Shown here piece by piece: positions 25,701 to 32,000 of a stretch of DNA of 32,000 bases (position 1 is its first letter; the number at the start of each line of letters is the position of its first letter). The translations under genes and the position numbers were made by a program. This stretch comes from Candidatus Thorarchaeota archaeon (GTDB lineage: Archaea; Asgardarchaeota; Heimdallarchaeia; Hodarchaeales; Hodarchaeaceae). Where the stretch lies: assembly GCA_048882505.1 (NCBI GenBank), contig JBHLRO010000015.1:1-32000 (forward strand), read 5' to 3'. The notes under the pieces are model-generated. The model did no database searches and was not told the DNA's origin. It saw only the letters and a list, made by a program, of their open reading frames with translations.

Positions 25701-27449
25701 GTGGAAAATAATATGCCTAAGCTTGCGTATCGCTTGGCTTATCCTACGGAGCTTGTCTATTTTAGGGATCTAATCGATAATAAATGGCAAGAAAAGATTT
25801 TTACTAGCCTCTCCGAGGTTAAACAAGAAGCTAACTTAAATATTTGGTATGAAAAAATCCGTGAACTCCTTTCACGAGAACCAGAAATTCCTTCTACAAT
25901 TTGGGCGCTGGCTGCAAAATTAGCATGGATTTTAACTGATATCCAATTCTTTAGGGACCACGCGGAACTGCTACAAAAACAATCTTCAAATGATCCACTA
26001 CTGCAATTTTGGCTGGCGGCGGGAATCGCAGAGTTTCTTGATAGTCAGGCTGGACTAGATCTGTTAAAGCTTGCACATGACAGGATAGTCTCAATGAAAG
26101 ATTGGCATGCGCTGGTTGACATTGCGGCTGTCTACGGATGCATTACCCTCAACTGTGATGCAAAAACCAATTTTCAGGAGAGTTATTTCACTGTTAAACA
26201 GGTTTTCGAGGAAGAATTGAATTCTGATCCAGCTTATCTTCATTTATTCATTCCCCTCCAGCTTTTCGCTAGAAATGCCAAATTAGAAACCACTGATTTA
26301 AATCCCGAGGGCGCTCTTGAAAAGATGAAGAAGTCGAATCATCGGCTTTACACAGCCTGGACCTATAATTTTCTGTCCAAAGATCTGGGTGAGGATGAAA
26401 CCCCTAGCTTTCTGGAAGCCTCTATAGCTGAGCTCCATAAAATTGATGCCAAATTTCGTCTTATTATCGCTTATACAAATCTAAGCCATTTCTTATTTGA
26501 AAAGGGTAAACGGAAAGAGGCAAAAAAGTACCTGGAAATTGCCCTCTCCTTGATTGATGAAAACGCACGTAATCAGCCTGACGCGCACGGGTTGTTCCTA
26601 TATACAGACACAACGAGTGCCTGGATGAATCTCGAACAGGGAAAGATCGAAGAAGCACGATCGCTTTTAGAGGAAGCTCAAAAGAGGGCTGAAGCCTATA
26701 AAAGTCCCTATTATCAAGTGAAAGTTGGTATTGGTTTAGCATATACAACATTCTTAGCGCTCCAATATGAAAGAACTCTTGAGTACATAGATCAAGTTTT
26801 GGAGGCAATAGAGTTCCTTCCCCCAGAGCAGCAGTCAATGGGCCTCTTTAAATGCATAGATCTCTTACTCGACCTGAATTTTTCTGACAAAGCGAGAAAA
26901 CTGCTTGATAAAATCGATTTTAGCCAGCTCCAGAAATGTGCCGTCCCTACCTATTATTACATTCGTGGAAAGTTCGAATTCAGCAGATACAATGTTGGAA
27001 TTGGCAAAGAATACCTGATCAAGGCAATGCAAGATGACAATCTGAAAGAGTGCAGGGATTTGGGTTCAGAGTTAAGGTTTCAGACTGCACAATGTTATCT
27101 TCAGGAGTTTAAACTCTCAGAAGATAAGAAGGTTCTTGTTAAGGCTCAAGAATTGATTGATGAAGGTTTAAAGGAGATTTCTGATGTACCTACAAAAGCA
27201 AAGGGCCTGTGCTTATCTGCAATACTTTTAACCGCCCAAGAACGATTTGAAGAGGCTGAAGAAATACTAGAACGAATTATCTCATCTTCAGAATTTGCTA
27301 TCCCCAGATTTCAAGAAATGGCCGAAAATATATGGGATAGTATAAGAGATGCACGTGCTGGAATGATCAACTCGCCCATCTCGCACTTTAAGGATATGGT
27401 TCGCTATGTGCGTGAAGCAAAAACCTTGATTGATGGTCGACCCCGCTGA
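25701..27449 (+). CDS. TPR-like alpha-solenoid protein
   Basis: Repeated helical units such as AYTNLSHFLFEKGKRKEAKKYLEIALSL and AWMNLEQGKIEEARSLLEEA. Confidence 0.7.
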   Translation: MENNMPKLAYRLAYPTELVYFRDLIDNKWQEKIFTSLSEVKQEANLNIWYEKIRELLSREPEIPSTIWALAAKLAWILTDIQFFRDHAELLQKQSSNDPLLQFWLAAGIAEFLDSQAGLDLLKLAHDRIVSMKDWHALVDIAAVYGCITLNCDAKTNFQESYFTVKQVFEEELNSDPAYLHLFIPLQLFARNAKLETTDLNPEGALEKMKKSNHRLYTAWTYNFLSKDLGEDETPSFLEASIAELHKIDAKFRLIIAYTNLSHFLFEKGKRKEAKKYLEIALSLIDENARNQPDAHGLFLYTDTTSAWMNLEQGKIEEARSLLEEAQKRAEAYKSPYYQVKVGIGLAYTTFLALQYERTLEYIDQVLEAIEFLPPEQQSMGLFKCIDLLLDLNFSDKARKLLDKIDFSQLQKCAVPTYYYIRGKFEFSRYNVGIGKEYLIKAMQDDNLKECRDLGSELRFQTAQCYLQEFKLSEDKKVLVKAQELIDEGLKEISDVPTKAKGLCLSAILLTAQERFEEAEEILERIISSSEFAIPRFQEMAENIWDSIRDARAGMINSPISHFKDMVRYVREAKTLIDGRPR

Positions 27450-27594
27450 AAGAATGAGGCAAATTCTACATACCAATGGAATATTTCTTCGGGTAAACTG
27501 GTTTGGCTAGGTATTGAGTGGAGCTCTTACCTTTTTGAAACGGGTTAATCTCTCTAATCCGAGTGGGCTTTAGATCAGCTGGTAACCAATCCAC

Positions 27595-28869
27595 CTATTT
27601 AGTGCGAGTTTTTTCGACATACCCAGATTGAGGATCCCAGTAAGCTAGAGTATTTTCGGGAATGTTCTTGGTGACTGGAGTATGGGCACCTATATGAGTG
27701 TGTTCTCCAATACATACTCCGGGCATAAAGGAAACATTGATTCCTGTCTTCACATTATCTCCCATGAAAATTCCGAGTTTTTTTCGTCCCGTTTTGACTT
27801 TTTGCCCCTTTATCGTCATGCAAATTTCGCTGCTGTCCAATTTAAGATTGGCAATTTTGGTTCCGGCCCCAAAATTACAATTTCTTCCTATGATGGAATC
27901 TCCTACGTAAGAAAGGTGCCCTATTGTTGTCTGGTCTAATATAATGCTATTCTTAATTTCGACTGCATTCCCAATACGAACATTCTTTCCGACATAAGTT
28001 CCGGGGCGAATAAAACAATTTGGTCCAATTAACGCGTTATCATCTATAACTGCAGGCCCTTGAATAAATGTACCTGGCCGTAAAATTGCTGTACTTGCGA
28101 TTTGAACAACCCCTTCAATGGTTACCCCTTGTAAGGAAATTTCTGATTTCAGTTTTGTCAGATGATCCATGCTTAGCTCATTTGCGCTAAGAATATGCCA
28201 GGGGTAACCAATATCAATCCAATAGTCCTTGATAGGATAAACGGTGAGTCTCCCCTTAGTCTGAATAAATCGATTGATGGCATCGGTTAACTCGATTTCA
28301 CCTCTAGGAGATTCGGCTGTTTTTGCTAGAAAATCGAACATACCAGAGGGGAGAATCATTACTCCAGCTGAAACTTGATTACTGGGAGGTTGAGACACTT
28401 TTTCATGAATTTTATATAATTGGCCCTCGCTAAATTCCAAACACCCATAATCTTCAGGATTTGGAACTGTTATTCCTGCTAAAACACCAGTCATAGGGTT
28501 ATAGCCCTTACTCATTTCGATCATGTTGTGAATTACTGTACGGGGTGTCAGAATGTCTCCAAAAACCATTAAAAAATGTGAAGAGGTAATATATGGCTGA
28601 CAAAGGCTGATAGCATGTCCTGTTCCTCGTTGCTCCTTTTGGGTAACATACTGGATTTTGAATGGAAGTTTTCTGTTAGCGATGCTCTGTTTGACGAGAT
28701 CAGCTTCATGCCCGATTACTACAAACACACGCTCTATGTTGGGAGGCAAGCTATCCAACAGGTGAAAAAGAAGTGGCCGCCCAGCGATCGGAATTAACGA
28801 TTTTGGGAGAGTCTTGGTAATAGGGTAAAGGCGTGTACCTTTACCAGCAGCGAGAATCACCGCTTCCAT
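27595..28869 (-). CDS. glmU: Bifunctional sugar-1-phosphate nucleotidyltransferase/acetyltransferase (GlmU-like)
   Basis: ILAAGKGTRL...PK, GTGHA, SPRGEIELTDA, hexapeptide repeats, HLSYVGDSIIG. Confidence 0.9.
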   Translation of the reverse strand: MEAVILAAGKGTRLYPITKTLPKSLIPIAGRPLLFHLLDSLPPNIERVFVVIGHEADLVKQSIANRKLPFKIQYVTQKEQRGTGHAISLCQPYITSSHFLMVFGDILTPRTVIHNMIEMSKGYNPMTGVLAGITVPNPEDYGCLEFSEGQLYKIHEKVSQPPSNQVSAGVMILPSGMFDFLAKTAESPRGEIELTDAINRFIQTKGRLTVYPIKDYWIDIGYPWHILSANELSMDHLTKLKSEISLQGVTIEGVVQIASTAILRPGTFIQGPAVIDDNALIGPNCFIRPGTYVGKNVRIGNAVEIKNSIILDQTTIGHLSYVGDSIIGRNCNFGAGTKIANLKLDSSEICMTIKGQKVKTGRKKLGIFMGDNVKTGINVSFMPGVCIGEHTHIGAHTPVTKNIPENTLAYWDPQSGYVEKTRTK

Positions 28870-29060
28870 GTTATAGACCTCAATCAATAAACCCTGTGTG
28901 ACTTAAATTGTCTCACGTGAATCAAGCTTTCGTAGATAAATTTCATTGAATCAAAATTTAGGAGTGACACTTAGTGGAACCTAGGTAGCTCCATGATTTA
29001 TTCCCAACAACAGACATCGATAATTGCCGTTTTTAGCCGTCTTTTGTTAGCATATGTTAA

Positions 29061-31034
29061 ATGATAATTTGGATGCGAAGAATAGTGACAACTAAGACAC
29101 AGTATTACAGAGAATTGAATTTTAAGGCTGGTATTGAAATACACGCGCAATTGACTTCCAATATGAAGCTATTTTGTCATTGTCCAGCAGTCCTAACCCA
29201 GGCTAAGCCCCGAGATATTGTCCAGAGGAAATTTCGCCCCGTAATTGGAGAAATGGGGCTTTACGATCCCGCTATGCTTATCGAGTTTAAGAAGGATAAG
29301 ACCATCTTCTATGAGGTGTTTGAAACTGTATGCACATATGAACTAGATGAAACGCCTCCTTTCCCTATAAACACTGATGCGCTTTATGAGGGCATCAAAC
29401 TGGCAAAAATGCTGAACTGTTACATCGTTGAAGAAACAAACGTGTGTCGTAAGAATTATCTGGATGGTTCAGTTCCAGGTGGGTTTCAGCGAACAACACT
29501 AATTGGCCATGATGGTTATATTACCTTTAAAACAAATAACACAGAAGGGAATGGTGAAAAACGCCTCCCCATAACGTGGTTTTATATCGAAGAAGATGCG
29601 GCGCGTAAGAACAATGTCCTAACGAAGGGTAAGGACGTGTACTTTAAACTTGACCGCCTTGGGATTCCTTTGATTGAAATAGTCACCTATCACAACTTAA
29701 AAACCCCCTTTGAGGTCGTTCAGGCGGCACGTACCCTAGGTATGTTGATCAAATCCTCGGGAAGTGTACGAAAGGGATTAGGGGCGCTTCGACAAGATAT
29801 CAATGTTAGTATTGAGGAAGGAGATCGTGTTGAATTGAAAGGAATACAGCAACTCCAGCTAATCCCCGATGCGATAGATTTGGAGATCAAACGTCAGATC
29901 GGCTTGGTGAAAATTAAAAAGGAGTTGGAAAAACGCCAAGTGAAACCTGAAGGTACGCCTCTTCGTCTCAGGGATATCACTGACGTTTTCAAGAAAACAA
30001 AATCAAAAATGGTCAACCTTGCCCTAAAAAGAAAGGAAAGGATATTTCTTCTCTCTCTTGAGGGATTTCAGGGATTGCTAGGCTTCGAACTCCAACCAAA
30101 TAAGCGATTTGGCACTGAGCTATCCGATCGGGTTCAAGCTTTTACCGATCTTAAAGGAATAATCCACAGTGATGAAGATCTAGGAAGTTACGGATTTTCA
30201 CAGGGAGAGATTGACGACATTCGGAAAGAGGCTTTCTCTAACGATTCCGCTTTTATTATTGTAATAGGTGAGGAAGAAGAAGCCAAACGAGCATTGACAT
30301 TCGTACATGATCGTATACTTGATGCCTTTAGAGGAGTTCCTCAAGAGACAAGACGAGTAAATGCTGAGGGTATTTCTACCTTTATGAGAGATCTTCATGG
30401 TCGAAGCCGCCTATATCCAGATACTGATCTGCCCCCCATTGTAATTGACCAAGAAAAGGTTTTGAAAATTGAGAAAAACCTTCCTGAACCCTTTTGGGAT
30501 AAGATCGAGCGAATTCGTTCCACTTATGGTATTTCGGGCAAGTTAGCGGAAGATCTGGTTTATGATGATAAAATCGAAGTCTTCGAAGAGTTAATCGCCC
30601 GAAACGCCCCTATAAAAACGGTAATAACAACATTGACGCAAACTTTGACTGCTTTATCACGAGACAAGGTTAATATCCATGCTATTCAAGATAGGCACCT
30701 TCTTGAAATGTTTGAAGCAATAAATCAAAAACAAATAGCAAAAGAAGCTATTCCAGATATTTTGACACTGATAGGAGAGAATCCCACTCGAAGTATTTCA
30801 GCAGTTATCACGGATCTAGGTGGAGGAATGTCCCAGGAAGACTTAGAGCGGCTTATCGAAGAGGTATTGGACAAATCAAACAAGTTAATCTTGGATCGGG
30901 GTATGGAAGCGCAATCCCCGTTGATGGGTTCGGTGATGAAGCAGGCAAGGGGAAAAATCGATGGCAAAGTTGTTAGTGAAACCTTACGACGGTTGCTTCA
31001 AGCTCGCTTAAAACACATTAATGAGGTGAAATAG
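29061..31034 (+). CDS. gatE: Glu-tRNA(Gln) amidotransferase subunit E
   Basis: KAGIEIHAQL, LYELDETPP-type motif (TYELDETPP), DGSVPGGFQRT, LDRLGIPLIEI, RQDINVSI, RLYPDTD; true start may be a few codons downstream. Confidence 0.97.
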   Translation: MIIWMRRIVTTKTQYYRELNFKAGIEIHAQLTSNMKLFCHCPAVLTQAKPRDIVQRKFRPVIGEMGLYDPAMLIEFKKDKTIFYEVFETVCTYELDETPPFPINTDALYEGIKLAKMLNCYIVEETNVCRKNYLDGSVPGGFQRTTLIGHDGYITFKTNNTEGNGEKRLPITWFYIEEDAARKNNVLTKGKDVYFKLDRLGIPLIEIVTYHNLKTPFEVVQAARTLGMLIKSSGSVRKGLGALRQDINVSIEEGDRVELKGIQQLQLIPDAIDLEIKRQIGLVKIKKELEKRQVKPEGTPLRLRDITDVFKKTKSKMVNLALKRKERIFLLSLEGFQGLLGFELQPNKRFGTELSDRVQAFTDLKGIIHSDEDLGSYGFSQGEIDDIRKEAFSNDSAFIIVIGEEEEAKRALTFVHDRILDAFRGVPQETRRVNAEGISTFMRDLHGRSRLYPDTDLPPIVIDQEKVLKIEKNLPEPFWDKIERIRSTYGISGKLAEDLVYDDKIEVFEELIARNAPIKTVITTLTQTLTALSRDKVNIHAIQDRHLLEMFEAINQKQIAKEAIPDILTLIGENPTRSISAVITDLGGGMSQEDLERLIEEVLDKSNKLILDRGMEAQSPLMGSVMKQARGKIDGKVVSETLRRLLQARLKHINEVK

Positions 31035-31036
31035 AA

Positions 31037-32000
31037 ATGTCCAAAGAGGAATACGCGGGATATCTGGGATCAGCACTGCTCTGGCTTCAAAACAACCAGC
31101 TTGAAGTGTGGGATGAAATTGAAGTTGTCAAAAGGGGTTCAACAATAAATGGCGTCATTCTTCCCCGGAATGAACTCGCCAATCCAGAATACGTTACCTT
31201 GAAACTTGCTACTGGCTATAACATTGGAATTAGTACAGGGGGAATTCAGTCAGTAAAAAAAACAGGTCGAAGAAAAGGAAAATATCGTGTTCCTCAGACC
31301 GATGCGCCTCTAAAAACTGATCTTCCGTTTATCCCAATTCTCGGGTGTGGAGGAACCATTGCTAGCCGTCTAGATTACGAAACTGGAGGAACCATTCCTG
31401 CCCTATCCCCCGAAGAACTGTTATCATCGTTTCCAGAAATTGCAGATTTGGCAAAAATAGAAACACGATTGCTTTTTGAGTTATTCTCCGAAAATATCGC
31501 ATTTGAGCATTATGCAAAGGTTTTAGCAGAAATAGAACAAATAATAAAGCAAAAAAAGGCGCAAGGAATTGTATTGACGCATGGCACTGATACAATGGCT
31601 TTTACAGCTGCAGCGCTCTCCTTTGCAATAACAAATTCCCCCATTCCTATAGTCATTACCGGTTCCCAACGATCTTCTGATCGCCCCTCGTCCGACTCAT
31701 TTTTTAATCTGTACCATTCCGTCATGTATGTTTCATCACCGGAGGCCAAGAAAGAAGTCGTAGTCATTATGCATGAAACATCCTCCGATACCGCATGCTC
31801 AATACATCAAGCAACACGTGTACGGAAGATGCATAGCAGTCGGCGGGATACATTTCAAACAATCGGCGCTGCCCCTTTAGGCCGAATTGAAGGCGGCAAG
31901 ATCGTGTACAACCAAGAAAGTACGCCCTTCTTACAAGATAAGGCCGCCGAAACGAGGAAATTTCAGATTAAAAAGAAGTTTGAGCCGATGGTGGCCATGT
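31037..32000 (+). CDS. gatD: Glu-tRNA(Gln) amidotransferase subunit D, truncated by the window end (missing from the ORF track)
   Basis: Own translation from ATG 31037: LKLATGYNIGI, GGTIASRLDYETG, THGTDTM, TGSQRSSDRPSSD, RVRKMHSSRRD; SD GAGGTGA upstream. Confidence 0.96.
   Translation, partial: MSKEEYAGYLGSALLWLQNNQLEVWDEIEVVKRGSTINGVILPRNELANPEYVTLKLATGYNIGISTGGIQSVKKTGRRKGKYRVPQTDAPLKTDLPFIPILGCGGTIASRLDYETGGTIPALSPEELLSSFPEIADLAKIETRLLFELFSENIAFEHYAKVLAEIEQIIKQKKAQGIVLTHGTDTMAFTAAALSFAITNSPIPIVITGSQRSSDRPSSDSFFNLYHSVMYVSSPEAKKEVVVIMHETSSDTACSIHQATRVRKMHSSRRDTFQTIGAAPLGRIEGGKIVYNQESTPFLQDKAAETRKFQIKKKFEPMVAM

Noticed and set aside
636-31767. Many antisense or out-of-frame ORFs in the track (e.g. 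636-986, 7409-7783, 8408-8880, 15186-15602, 19353-19799, 26464-26838, 31362-31767)
   Set aside because: They shadow well-supported genes and have no motifs; those at 31362-31767 overlap gatD
1-32000. CRISPR arrays, IS elements, integrases, defence genes
   Set aside because: No regularly spaced repeats, transposase or integrase motifs seen, including next to the tRNA genes

Overview
Archaeal core-genome window with no mobile element or CRISPR array visible. The host is probably an Asgard archaeon; this is inferred from an eL22-like ribosomal protein plus eL38, an archaeal histone, FtsZ and GatDE. It is dense in translation and RNA-processing genes: eIF5A, Nob1, eL38, eL22, Trm11, pelota, Pth2, uL16, Pop5, Rpp30, eL15, an Obg-family GTPase and gatE-gatD (gatD runs off the end). 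It also encodes LonB, an AAA+ ATPase, FtsZ, an HDAC-family deacetylase, a histone, DnaG, NAD kinase, two radical SAM proteins and GlmU. The most interesting signals are non-coding and absent from the ORF track. (1) Two box C/D guide sRNAs on the minus strand (17763-17870 and 20846-20906). By the D+5 rule, applied to rRNA consensus recalled from memory, their guides point to the equivalents of yeast 18S Gm1271 and Gm1428 (both from one dual-guide RNA) and to the 23S P-loop Gm2251. (2) A tandem trio of tRNA-Arg genes (TCT, CCT, CCG) carrying five introns, three at non-canonical positions. All calls are by eye; no database search was run.
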